Of a DNA stretch of 55,817 bases, positions 29,895-39,267 are shown piece by piece; the first letter of the stretch is position 1; every line of letters begins with the position of its first letter. Below the pieces are notes generated by a model. The model saw only the letters and a program-made list of their open reading frames with translations, was not told the DNA's origin and made no database searches. Source of the DNA: Promethearchaeota archaeon (GTDB lineage Archaea; Asgardarchaeota; Thorarchaeia; Thorarchaeales; Thorarchaeaceae); NCBI GenBank assembly GCA_048939765.1, contig JBHLPF010000025.1, positions 1 to 55,817 on the forward strand, read 5' to 3'. Both the position numbers and the translations under genes were made by a program.

Positions 29895-30569
29895 GTGATA
29901 GTGATGGAGCGCTCCCTCGTAGTAATCAAGCCCGATGGCACAGTAAGAAGGACTGTTGGTGCCCTGGTTGTCAAGAATCTCATGGAACGTGGGTTCTGCG
30001 TGAAGGCCTTCAAGGAGATGAAGGTTTCTGAGTCATTGGCGAAAATGCATTATGATATCCACAAGGAAAAGCCCTTTTTTCCTTGGCTGGTACAGTTCAT
30101 CTCTTCAGCTCGAGTCTTGGCAATGATTCTGGAGGCTGATGATGTCATAGAGGGTGTCCGTGATGCACTTGGTGCTACCTTTGTGCAGAAGGCCGAACCA
30201 GACTCCCTTAGAGGTAAGTATGGGATTTGGTCTGGTATCAACATAGCACATGCCTCAGATGGACCTGAAACTGCGGCCACAGAAACCGCCCTGTGGACGA
30301 GAGAGGGCGGCCTAGAAGAATCCGAGGACGCCGAGAAAGCAGCCCAGGCATATGTCGAGAGGTATGCCCCTTCAAACATAGACTTGACAAAAGAGATTCG
30401 TGACCTGGTCGCATCATCGATCGATGTGAATGACACATCAACTGCAGTCCTAGAATCTCTCGAAGACTTATTCGGAAGGGACTCAGAGGGCGTTGCCGAG
30501 AGTGAAATCAAGGCCCTCGCACTTGCAGTCTTTGACTTCATCAAGGAGGAAGTCGAAAAGAAAGAGTAG
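29895..30569 (+). CDS. ndk: Nucleoside diphosphate kinase with acidic C-terminal extension
   Basis: VVIKPDG, PDSLRGKYG, catalytic His in NIAHASD. Confidence 0.93.
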   Translation: MIVMERSLVVIKPDGTVRRTVGALVVKNLMERGFCVKAFKEMKVSESLAKMHYDIHKEKPFFPWLVQFISSARVLAMILEADDVIEGVRDALGATFVQKAEPDSLRGKYGIWSGINIAHASDGPETAATETALWTREGGLEESEDAEKAAQAYVERYAPSNIDLTKEIRDLVASSIDVNDTSTAVLESLEDLFGRDSEGVAESEIKALALAVFDFIKEEVEKKE

Positions 30570-30603
30570 AGACCTTTGGTGGTACCAGTGTGCCACCTAG
30601 GTC
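30570..30603. terminator. Hairpin between convergent ndk and rpl24e
   Basis: GGTGGTAC-CAGT-GTGCCACC flanked by GACCT/AGGTC. Confidence 0.45.
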
Positions 30604-30627
30604 ATCCTTATTGGGTGAAAAGCGCAT

Positions 30628-30825
30628 CTACTTTGCTTTTCCGCCTTTTTGGAAGCCTTTAGTCCACTTTGTAGCCCTAGGCTTCATCCTACGTTTGAGT
30701 CTAGCTGCTTTGCACTTGTTTGAGCAGAACCACAGTACTGCGCCGTCCTTTGTCTGTACAAAGGCAGACCCAGTTCCAGGTTCGATGTCCTTATCACAGA
30801 AACTACAGCGTTGGGTGCCTACCAA
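30628..30825 (-). CDS. rpl24e: 50S ribosomal protein L24e
   Basis: CSFC..IEPGTG...FCSNKC...KWT. Confidence 0.97.
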   Translation of the reverse strand: MVGTQRCSFCDKDIEPGTGSAFVQTKDGAVLWFCSNKCKAARLKRRMKPRATKWTKGFQKGGKAK

Positions 30826-30829
30826 TCTC

Positions 30830-31063
30830 TTAGCGCCTCCTCATCTTACGTGCTTCACGCTCAGTTTCACGGAGAATGAGAATATCACCCATTCTGACCG
30901 GCCCCTTCACGTTTCTTGTAAGGACTCGTCCCTTGTCCCTGCCTTCCATAATCTTGACTCGAACCTGAGTGATCTCTCCGGTCACTCCTGTTCGACCCAA
31001 CAACTGAATGACTTCGGCGGGGATAGCTGGGGTCACTACTTCTTCATCGTCTTTCTTGCTCAT
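30830..31063 (-). CDS. rps28e: 30S ribosomal protein S28e
   Basis: [29 protein letters not shown]. Confidence 0.98.
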   Translation of the reverse strand: MSKKDDEEVVTPAIPAEVIQLLGRTGVTGEITQVRVKIMEGRDKGRVLTRNVKGPVRMGDILILRETEREARKMRRR

Positions 31064-31083
31064 TGAAAGCCATCACCTAAGAC

Positions 31084-31455
31084 TTACTTGCGCAGAGCAC
31101 CAATCTTCTCGACAACGTCAGTCAAGAGATCTTTGGCTTTTCCTTCAACAACAATGGCAACAGCAGCTGTGGGTCTTTCAATACCGGCAGCATTTCCTAG
31201 ATCTCTCTTGCTGGGTACAAAGATGTAGGGTGCTTTCCTATCATCACACAGACCTGGGATGTACATGATTACCTCTTCGGGCTCAACATCCTCTGCAACA
31301 ATCACCAAGCGAGCAAGTCCTCGCTCGATGCTCTTTGTTGTTTCGTTAATTCCTTTCTTGATTCTGCCAGTGTCTTTGGCAACTTCAAGTGCCTCTAGGG
31401 CCTTCTTCTGAAGCTCTTCAGTAGCTTCCCATTCAACAAATGACGGCTTTGGCAT
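31084..31455 (-). CDS. rpl7ae: Ribosomal protein L7Ae
   Basis: KKGINETTKSIERG, AEDVEPEE. Confidence 0.98.
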   Translation of the reverse strand: MPKPSFVEWEATEELQKKALEALEVAKDTGRIKKGINETTKSIERGLARLVIVAEDVEPEEVIMYIPGLCDDRKAPYIFVPSKRDLGNAAGIERPTAAVAIVVEGKAKDLLTDVVEKIGALRK

Positions 31456-31572
31456 TTTTCTACCTCTGTTCTCACTTCATTGGTATGAATAAGATAGACA
31501 CATCCACTCTAGGATGCGTTCTCACCGGCCCAATCTCCAATTTCTTTTAAAACTGTCGAAGTGTCATGCCGC

Positions 31573-32568
31573 CTAACAGTAGTTCAAGTCTTTCAATGTT
31601 TGAAGAATCTCTGAATCATCAGTTTCTGCATGTTGAAGGACTGAATAGCGATCTCGTCGCGTCATTATGTCCAATGCGTGATGAACATTATCAAGAAATT
31701 GCTCAGATGATAGGTCAAAATCATAGAGCTTGGAGGGCATTGCATGATCAACCAAGAATTGATGCATGCTCTCAGCTCTGTAATCGCTGTAGCCTGCCTC
31801 CTCGAGGTAATGGACACATAGTGGCATTGCAAAAGCGACCTGGAGGCCATGTAAGTCAGTAGGCTCTCTGTCCATTGCATGAGAAATTGCATGTTCTGTG
31901 CCGGAGCAAGGTCTTGAACTCCCAAAGATGCTCATCGCTCTTCCTGAGTCGATCTCAGCTCGGACTAGAGTCCCTAGACTCTCGTCTTGCAATATTGATT
32001 CAAGTGCTGACTTGACCAGACTATAGACCCTCTTATCGAATGGTTCGTCTTTCTTCTCGTAGGCAAGGCGCCACTCACCGAGGCTGGAGGCCTTGCAGAC
32101 GATGTCACCAATCCCAGCTAGTCTGAGTTTAGGAGGTGCTCTTTCAATGATGGAAAGATCCGCAATCACGCCTATAGGGCCTTTACATTTCTCTGAATAT
32201 CTATATCCATCATGACTCACTGATGCAACATCACTGGCTATTCCGTCGTGAGATGCTGCCGTTGGAACTGCAATCCAGTTGAGATTTGTATCCCTCGCCA
32301 AGAGCTTAGCTGTATCGATGCTCCGCCCTCCTCCAAATCCCAGAATGACGTCTCTTCCGCTAGCTTTTGAGGTCTGGCCTTTTTCATACTCTGATACCAA
32401 TAACCAGGCAACTTCTCCGCCCATGAAATCCTCAACAACTTCTCTATACTCAGCATGCAATAGATCATCGGTCACAAAAATCGGCTTTCTATAATCCTCC
32501 AAGAAGTCGTCGACCTTACTCAGAGCCCCTTTTCTAATCACTATGAATTGGGGATCCACAATTGACAT
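31573..32568 (-). CDS. egsA: sn-glycerol-1-phosphate dehydrogenase
   Basis: GFGGGRSIDTAK, PTAASHDGIAS, SSRPCSGTEHAISHA, LHGLQV. Confidence 0.92.
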   Translation of the reverse strand: MSIVDPQFIVIRKGALSKVDDFLEDYRKPIFVTDDLLHAEYREVVEDFMGGEVAWLLVSEYEKGQTSKASGRDVILGFGGGRSIDTAKLLARDTNLNWIAVPTAASHDGIASDVASVSHDGYRYSEKCKGPIGVIADLSIIERAPPKLRLAGIGDIVCKASSLGEWRLAYEKKDEPFDKRVYSLVKSALESILQDESLGTLVRAEIDSGRAMSIFGSSRPCSGTEHAISHAMDREPTDLHGLQVAFAMPLCVHYLEEAGYSDYRAESMHQFLVDHAMPSKLYDFDLSSEQFLDNVHHALDIMTRRDRYSVLQHAETDDSEILQTLKDLNYC

Positions 32569-32777
32569 ATCAACAACTCCAAAGGGGTGGCGGTCTATCC
32601 CTTGTTAAGCTCTTCTGTTGGCGCCCAATTTCAGAAACGTCTAGGTTCTCTCAGTAGGATTAAATATCCCATCGACTCGCCCCGGGCAGCAGTTAGTGTT
32701 ACCTGGGAAATACATCAGCTGATATGTTTGCTATCTAACAGCTGACGCGATGACCATTTAATTGGGAGTCTAGAATC

Positions 32778-33275
32778 ATGACCCGATACGTCAAGGTCGC
32801 GCTCATGGGATCTGGTTTCGCAGGCAAGTCCACCCTGATCAAGCTTCTCACCGATGGCACACAGAAGCTAAAGGTGAACTATCAACCGACAGCGGGGATG
32901 GATTGTGGAACCATCACTCTTGACAGTAACACCAAGATTTCACTGGTCGAGATGGGTGGCCAGTCTCATTTTGAGTTCATGTGGGCGGATTTGATGAGGG
33001 GCAGTACGATGGTGGTATTGGTTACTGAAAGCAATCCTAAGGCTGTTCTCAAGACCCGCCAGCTCCTTCACAAATACAAGGAGAAGTTCAATGGTGCTCG
33101 AGTGATTGCCATAGCGAATAAGCAGGACGTTCCAGGGTCAATGAGGCCAGAAACGGTACAGGATCTGCTCGGAGTACCAACATATGGAATGGTAGCGATT
33201 GACCCTAAGCAGCGCATCCATGGATACAAACTAATTGTCAATGGTCTAAAAGACATGATTCGTGTGGCTGCATAG
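32778..33275 (+). CDS. Small Ras/Arf-like GTPase
   Basis: GSGFAGKST, PT, EMGGQ, NKQD; 165 aa. Confidence 0.88.
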   Translation: MTRYVKVALMGSGFAGKSTLIKLLTDGTQKLKVNYQPTAGMDCGTITLDSNTKISLVEMGGQSHFEFMWADLMRGSTMVVLVTESNPKAVLKTRQLLHKYKEKFNGARVIAIANKQDVPGSMRPETVQDLLGVPTYGMVAIDPKQRIHGYKLIVNGLKDMIRVAA

Positions 33276-33461
33276 TCCATTCTCATCTCTTGGAGTGCCC
33301 TGACGCTCCCGAAACGAAGTCCTAAGGTAATGCTTTTATACAGACCCCCATGTGATGAAATCGCCCAGGGCACGGGCGAGAGAGCTATTTGATAACGTCT
33401 TGTAGCGAGTCCGTCCGGGATAATGTGTTTTGGGTGAACACCTCCACGGTCAGGTGAGCCA

Positions 33462-34262
33462 ATGGATATAATGATTATACGCCGGCAAGATGATGTCCTT
33501 CACTTCCTTGTGGAAGGCATTGACGTTGCATTTGCAAATGCCCTTCGGAGAACAATGCTTACCCGTGTGCCTGCAATGGCAATTGATGAGGTGCTTGTGC
33601 TTGAGAATACCAGTGTCATGTATGACGAGATTCTCGCTCACAGACTTGGTCTAGTACCCCTCATCACTGATCTGGAGAGCTATAATCTCCCTCAGGAATG
33701 TGATTGTGAGGGGAAGGGTTGTAGTCTATGTCAATGCACACTCACTCTAGAGAAGGAGTCGGGCAGTGAAGAGGTAGTAGTCTACTCGGGAGACCTTGTT
33801 TCACAAGATCCCAAAGTGTTCCCTGCAAGTGGAGAAATTCCTCTAGTCAAGCTTGCACCTAACCAGAGGCTCATCGTAGAAGCGTACGCGCGTCTAGGTA
33901 CTGGCCTTGAAAATGCAAAGTTTCAACCAGTATCTACTGTGGCATACAAGTACGTTCCTATAGTTGAAGTTGACAAGGACAAATGCACAAAGTGTGAGGC
34001 ATGCGTGGAGGTCTGTCCAAAGAAGATTTTCGTAATCGATAAGGACACACTGGCTACCCAGAACACCTTGGACTGTACCATGTGTGAGTTATGTGTTCAG
34101 GAATGCGAACCAGGGGCAATTACGATAGGGTCTAAGAATGACGCCTTTCTTTTCAAGGTCGAGTCAACCGGTGCACTTTCTGCTGAGGAGATCGTTGAGA
34201 AAGCCGCAGACACGCTAAAGGACAGAATCAGAGTGTCTCTCGACTTTGTTGGCAAGTTATGA
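33462..34262 (+). CDS. rpoD: RNA polymerase subunit D (Rpo3)
   Basis: ANALRRTML, EILAHRLGLVPL, ferredoxin-like insert. Confidence 0.98.
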   Translation: MDIMIIRRQDDVLHFLVEGIDVAFANALRRTMLTRVPAMAIDEVLVLENTSVMYDEILAHRLGLVPLITDLESYNLPQECDCEGKGCSLCQCTLTLEKESGSEEVVVYSGDLVSQDPKVFPASGEIPLVKLAPNQRLIVEAYARLGTGLENAKFQPVSTVAYKYVPIVEVDKDKCTKCEACVEVCPKKIFVIDKDTLATQNTLDCTMCELCVQECEPGAITIGSKNDAFLFKVESTGALSAEEIVEKAADTLKDRIRVSLDFVGKL

Positions 34263-34273
34263 GGTGAATACAA

Positions 34274-34636
34274 TTGGTAAAATCAGGACCAACTGACCCC
34301 AATACCCGTGCACTCATCAATGCACTGAGAAAGACATCTACCAAACATGATGCAAAGGTATGGAAGAGGGTCGCGGAGCTGGTGTCACGTCCCGCCAGAA
34401 AACGAGCTACAGTCAACATTGGAAAAATCGGACGCCATACACAAGCTGGTGATGTGGTAGTGGTCCCAGGAAAGGTACTAGGCTCTGGAAACCTACCCCA
34501 CAAGGTGACAGTGGCAGCCCTAAATGCTTCTGCCTCTGCCCGATCAGTGATCGTTGGAGCAGGAGGATCACTAATCACTATTGACGAACTCCTGACGAAG
34601 GTTCCAAAGGGTAAGGGAGTGACAATTATCGTTTAG
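34274..34636 (+). CDS. rpl18e: 50S ribosomal protein L18e
   Basis: VVVPGKVLGSG; operon context. Confidence 0.97.
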   Translation: MVKSGPTDPNTRALINALRKTSTKHDAKVWKRVAELVSRPARKRATVNIGKIGRHTQAGDVVVVPGKVLGSGNLPHKVTVAALNASASARSVIVGAGGSLITIDELLTKVPKGKGVTIIV

Positions 34637-35098
34637 GTGGTTTCAATGAGCGAGAAAGAAGTAAAGGTCTACGATGCCGAGAATATGGTCATTGGGAGAT
34701 TGGCCTCGAAAGTGGCAAAGGCTGCCCTCCTTGGCGATAGAGTGGCTATAGTGAACATTGAGAAAGCTATAATCACTGGTGATAAGTATACAGTCATTGA
34801 AGCCTATAAGGAGAAGTTCAAGATTCGTACCTCCTATAATCCACGAAAAGGACCATTTCATCATCGTCGTCCAGACAAGATGGCTCGGAGGATTATTCGA
34901 GGCATGTTACCATGGCCCACCCCCCGTGGCAAAGCGGCCTACAAGAGAATACAATGCTTCATTGGCATTCCAGAGAAGTATGCGGAATCAGAGAAGATTG
35001 TTCTCGAAGGCTCTAAGTACAAGAGCCTACGACAAAAGTACATCACAATTGAGAACCTGAGCCATGAGCTTGGATGGAGAAATCCGGAGGTCGTCTGA
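34637..35098 (+). CDS. rpl13: 50S ribosomal protein L13
   Basis: IGRLASKVAK, IRGMLP. Confidence 0.97.
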   Translation: MVSMSEKEVKVYDAENMVIGRLASKVAKAALLGDRVAIVNIEKAIITGDKYTVIEAYKEKFKIRTSYNPRKGPFHHRRPDKMARRIIRGMLPWPTPRGKAAYKRIQCFIGIPEKYAESEKIVLEGSKYKSLRQKYITIENLSHELGWRNPEVV

Positions 35099-35099
35099 A

Positions 35100-35504
35100 A
35101 TGGCAATCAGAGTAGTCGTTTCAACTGGAAAGAGGAAGACGTCCCTAGCAAAAGCCACTGTCAAGAACGGTCGTGGGCGTATCAGGATTAATGGAAGACC
35201 TCTTGAGATACATCAGCCTGAGGCTGCAAAAATGAGAATCATGGAGCCCTTGGTTCTCTTTGGCGAAGGTTGGAAAAAATACGACATAAGAGTGCGTGTT
35301 CGTGGCGGAGGCGTCATGAGTCAAGCTGATGCGGTGCGAATGTCCGTTGCAACTGGTCTGTTCCGAATGAGCCAGGACTATGAAGCACGCTCTCGAATGC
35401 TGGAGCATGACAGGACCATGCTGGTCGGGGATCCCCGACGTACAGAGCCAAAGAAGTTCGGAGGGCCTTCAGCACGTTCCCGATATCAGAAGTCTTACAG
35501 GTGA
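35100..35504 (+). CDS. rps9: 30S ribosomal protein S9
   Basis: GKRKTS, EPKKFGGPSARSRYQKSYR. Confidence 0.98.
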   Translation: MAIRVVVSTGKRKTSLAKATVKNGRGRIRINGRPLEIHQPEAAKMRIMEPLVLFGEGWKKYDIRVRVRGGGVMSQADAVRMSVATGLFRMSQDYEARSRMLEHDRTMLVGDPRRTEPKKFGGPSARSRYQKSYR

Positions 35505-35513
35505 TTCATAATT

Positions 35514-35729
35514 ATGATAATTCCAATTCGATGTTTTACGTGTGGAAAACTAGTAGCTGACAAGTATGAGCAGTTCAAGCGACAAGTTCGCCAAGGAGAG
35601 GACCCTGCAGTTGTGCTAGATAATCTGGGGCTTCACAGGTATTGTTGCAGGAGAATGTTGTTGTCTCACATTGATATTATTGATAGCTTCATGGCTTTTG
35701 CTACAACAGAGGTCGCGGAGGGTAAATAG
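35514..35729 (+). CDS. rpoN: RNA polymerase subunit N (Rpo10)
   Basis: [19 protein letters not shown]. Confidence 0.98.
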   Translation: MIIPIRCFTCGKLVADKYEQFKRQVRQGEDPAVVLDNLGLHRYCCRRMLLSHIDIIDSFMAFATTEVAEGK

Positions 35730-35730
35730 G

Positions 35731-36366
35731 ATGAGTGAAACAGAGATTCCAGAAGCCGAGCTCTTGACGCCAATGGACAAGTATCTGGCTGCAGGATGTC
35801 ATATTGGAACGCAGGTAAAGACTCAGGACATGGATCCTTTCGTCTATCGGCAGCGCCCAATCGGACTCTACGTCTTAGATGTGAGAAAGACTGACGAGCG
35901 AATCAGAACCGCTGGCAAGTTTATCGCCCGGTTTGATTCCTCCAAGATAGTTGTGGTGTCAGGTCGTGTCTACGGAAAGCGTCCCGTGGAAACATTTGCA
36001 TACTACATTGGAGCAAATGCCTTTACTGAACGATTTGTACCCGGAACTCTCACAAATCCCAATATTGCTGGCCCTAGGGTGTATGTAGAGCCCGAGCTTG
36101 TTATTCTCACTGATCCTCGTACAGACCAACAGGCCCTATCCGAGGCGGCAAGGATTGGCGTGCCAGTGATAGCACTGTGTGATACTGACAATCAGACAAC
36201 CAATGTAGACCTCGTGATTCCTTCGAATAACAGAGGTCGCAAAGCACTAGCGCTTGTCTATTTCCTACTCACCCGCCAGGTGCTGCTGGAACGCGGCACA
36301 CTCACAGAGGAGGAGGAAACCGCATTTACAGCTGAGGACTTCGAGCCTCAGGTCCAACGGTTCTAG
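35731..36366 (+). CDS. rps2: 30S ribosomal protein S2
   Basis: [25 protein letters not shown]. Confidence 0.98.
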   Translation: MSETEIPEAELLTPMDKYLAAGCHIGTQVKTQDMDPFVYRQRPIGLYVLDVRKTDERIRTAGKFIARFDSSKIVVVSGRVYGKRPVETFAYYIGANAFTERFVPGTLTNPNIAGPRVYVEPELVILTDPRTDQQALSEAARIGVPVIALCDTDNQTTNVDLVIPSNNRGRKALALVYFLLTRQVLLERGTLTEEEETAFTAEDFEPQVQRF

Positions 36367-36761
36367 GTTTCATGAATGGAGACGATGCCTCGATCGGCGT
36401 CGACCTCCACTCTTTGTCCCGTCTTTATCTTTTCAATCTCGATGCTGTCTACAGTCGGAATCTCAGAGATTATGCTGCCAACAGCGATGACAGGATCGGT
36501 CTCTTTGTTGATTATTGCTGCAGGAGCTTTCTCAGCCTTCTTCAATGCATATAGGACGTATGAGCCAACGGTCGACCCCTTACCGCTCGGCATTACCAAT
36601 ACCTTTCCAGCTACTGACTTGCCTTCCAAGGGGTGATCTTTCTCAACCACTTCACCCGTTTCCGGATCAACTCCTCCGTAGAAACTGATGTCAACAGTCG
36701 TCACTAGCGCGTTTCCCTCGGCTTTCCCCTTGTAGATCTTGCGTCCATGAAACTCAGTCAT
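36363..36761 (-). CDS. Phosphomevalonate dehydratase small subunit (AcnX swivel domain, DUF126)
   Basis: [19 protein letters not shown]. Confidence 0.9.
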   Translation of the reverse strand: MTEFHGRKIYKGKAEGNALVTTVDISFYGGVDPETGEVVEKDHPLEGKSVAGKVLVMPSGKGSTVGSYVLYALKKAEKAPAAIINKETDPVIAVGSIISEIPTVDSIEIEKIKTGQRVEVDADRGIVSIHET

Positions 36762-37954
36762 GCGAGCGCCTCCTTGATACATTCATCCACGGTTCTGATC
36801 TTGATATCGAACTTGTTCTTTCCCCTTGCATAGAAGCATGCCTTTGCAGAGTCAGTCATAAGTCCCTTGAATCGTCCTTTGAGCGGTGCTACTGCACAAC
36901 AGGCATCACTCACTAGATATGCCCCTGCCTTCTCTATCTTATCATAATATCCCATCTTGATGGCAACGTCTTTCGTTGGCTTTGCTGTGGTAATCCAGAC
37001 AGTCTTTCCATCAGCCACTTTCCTTCCATCAAGCATCTCTGCTATCCTCGCAATATCGTTTATACTAGCGTGAGGACAACCAACACTGATGAAGTCAATC
37101 TTTGCATCTTCATCATCAAGTTCCTGTCGTGCTCTCTCAAGGTCTTCCTGAGTCACTGTTTCGGTGATGTCTGGTATAGTTGTACGGTTTGGTGTGATTC
37201 CTTCCATATGGAAGAGCGCAACTCCACCGTATGTGGCCACCGAAGCGCAAAACGACCTCAACTGGTCAGTAGTCGCATGAGAAACGCCGGTTATGTAGGG
37301 AACACTCTTACCAGTTCTATCACCAATCACCTTGCCAAGCAGACCGAAGTCATCTGTGTTCTTCAATTCAGGTCTGACTTCATATCCCGCCTGTGCTATC
37401 CGGTTCTTCTCAAGATGAAACCCATATTCTGCGGTCTTCCCGGTCAACGCAGAGGCCAGGGCACTAGGACCACCTTCTCTGTTAGTAAGAGCACCAATCA
37501 CAGAGTTGGCAAAGCATACTGCCGAAGACTCAGCCCATGCGATGTGTTCACCATAGTGTGGTAGATTGCCAATCAGGTATGGCGTACATGTACAGGTGGT
37601 CACAACTCCCATCTTTGCAAATGCATCGACCACTCTCTGCTGATTCTCAGCGAACTCCTCACTGATTCCATGTTTCTCCCACTCCAGCATATCCATGCCA
37701 GCAGGATTCAGTGTGGTCAAGACGCGAGTGCGGCCATCCTCAGCCATCTCTGAGAGATACTCCAGTCCTGCCTCTCCAAGATTATGATATGAAACGCCTG
37801 CGATTTGAACGCTTGTGACAGGTATCAGCCTTTCAGCTCCATAGATCTCTCCCAGGGTCGTGATTATCTCCATTGCCTTCCGGGTTGCATTTCCATGCTT
37901 TCCTTCAAGCATGTCTTTCTCATCATCTGTGAGTCCAAGTCCCATCTCAGTCAC
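36758..37954 (-). CDS. Phosphomevalonate dehydratase large subunit (aconitase X, DUF521)
   Basis: GVSY, TCTCTPY, AWAESSA, GCPH, TDSAK. Confidence 0.9.
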   Translation of the reverse strand: MTEMGLGLTDDEKDMLEGKHGNATRKAMEIITTLGEIYGAERLIPVTSVQIAGVSYHNLGEAGLEYLSEMAEDGRTRVLTTLNPAGMDMLEWEKHGISEEFAENQQRVVDAFAKMGVVTTCTCTPYLIGNLPHYGEHIAWAESSAVCFANSVIGALTNREGGPSALASALTGKTAEYGFHLEKNRIAQAGYEVRPELKNTDDFGLLGKVIGDRTGKSVPYITGVSHATTDQLRSFCASVATYGGVALFHMEGITPNRTTIPDITETVTQEDLERARQELDDEDAKIDFISVGCPHASINDIARIAEMLDGRKVADGKTVWITTAKPTKDVAIKMGYYDKIEKAGAYLVSDACCAVAPLKGRFKGLMTDSAKACFYARGKNKFDIKIRTVDECIKEALA

Positions 37955-39260
37955 CCAAGAACTTCTTCAAATCAACTTCCGGAAACTCAGCCTTGTCAAA
38001 GCTCTTTCCCTTGGTATCCAAGGTCTTAGTACAGTCAAAGCCAATCTTAGTTGTCATCTTTGTGCCCGGTTCAGCACTCGGGTCCAACGAGCTACCCGGC
38101 TCAGGGTCCTTGATTAACAGGTCCACATCGCCTTGGAACCTGGTCGCCATGGCCCATTCCCTCTCCTCCTCGTTGTAGATGTCGATGTCATCATCATAGA
38201 CCCAGACATGCTTGGCACTCTTGTGTCCCTGAAAGGCTCCCTCAATTGCCTTCAACCCATCATCATCGTGTTCTTTCTCTATCTGAACAGCGATATGGAG
38301 CCAGCTCGATCCGCCCGGAGTGATATTGACATCAAGGACATTGACGCCCTTCTCCTTGACACTCCTAAATACAGTGGGTTCTCTGGGCATTCCCATCAAT
38401 ACCTTATGCTCAGACCTACCCGGCAACAGTCCCTGCCAAATCGCCGTCCTACGGTGTGTTATCTTTTTGACCTCAAAGATGGGTTCCTGACGGATGACGT
38501 CGACGGTTTCAGTCAGATCAATGAAGGGTCCCTCGTCATGTTTCTCCTCAAGTACTACCCTTCCTTCAAAGACGAACTCAGAGTCTGCAGGTATCATCAG
38601 GTCTACTGACTTTGCTTTTGTGACCTTGATTGGCTGGAGCGCATTGGCGATTTCCAGCTCATCAACTCCAGTTTCCACAGACGTGGCGGCAGCTACAAGC
38701 ACTTCAGCAGTATTCCCGATACAGTATGCGACGTCAATCTCCCCATTTCGTTCAAGAAACTTGTGAAAATCGCGGCCGCGTACCACTCTTGTGACCATCT
38801 TGTCCTTGCCAATCTGCATTGCACGATGGAAGTCCAGATTCTGTCCATAATCAGGGTCCTTCGTTACGACCACGCCTGATGATATGTAAGGCCCGCCATC
38901 GACTTCATTATGCAAGAGAATTGGATACTTGTCAAGATCAACCCCATCGGCGACAACCTCTTGACAAGCTGCTTCTTCTGTCACCTCTGGAGGGCTACGC
39001 TTCTCAATCGCAGAGGCAAGAGTGGGGATTAGCTTGCGGGTTTCTATTCCAAAATAGTCTGCAATCTGTCCCTTTGTACAAAAGAGGTTTCCAGCGACCC
39101 TGAACTCGACTTCCTTCACGTTCTCGAATAGAACCGGTTCAGGCTCCAATGACTTGAGAACACCAGCAATCTCAAGGTTCTTAGAGATAGCCTTGTGAAC
39201 CGTCGTGAGCTTTCCTGCCTTTGCTAGATTCTCTATATGTTTTTCAAGTATCATTAACAC
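37947..39260 (-). CDS. UbiD-family decarboxylase (likely anhydromevalonate phosphate decarboxylase)
   Basis: DGGPYIS, EGPF, WAMATRFQ, GSSLDPS; located in the mvk-acnX operon. Confidence 0.88.
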   Translation of the reverse strand: MLMILEKHIENLAKAGKLTTVHKAISKNLEIAGVLKSLEPEPVLFENVKEVEFRVAGNLFCTKGQIADYFGIETRKLIPTLASAIEKRSPPEVTEEAACQEVVADGVDLDKYPILLHNEVDGGPYISSGVVVTKDPDYGQNLDFHRAMQIGKDKMVTRVVRGRDFHKFLERNGEIDVAYCIGNTAEVLVAAATSVETGVDELEIANALQPIKVTKAKSVDLMIPADSEFVFEGRVVLEEKHDEGPFIDLTETVDVIRQEPIFEVKKITHRRTAIWQGLLPGRSEHKVLMGMPREPTVFRSVKEKGVNVLDVNITPGGSSWLHIAVQIEKEHDDDGLKAIEGAFQGHKSAKHVWVYDDDIDIYNEEEREWAMATRFQGDVDLLIKDPEPGSSLDPSAEPGTKMTTKIGFDCTKTLDTKGKSFDKAEFPEVDLKKFLGD

Positions 39261-39267
39261 ACCTCAG

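Noticed and set aside
30590-31066. 158-aa + strand ORF and the many other antisense ORFs over core genes
   Set aside because: These are shadow frames of well-supported genes on the opposite strand.
33351-33395. Box C (GTGATGA) plus hairpin as a C/D sRNA
   Set aside because: There is no proper CTGA box D at a suitable distance; it is probably the rpoD leader.
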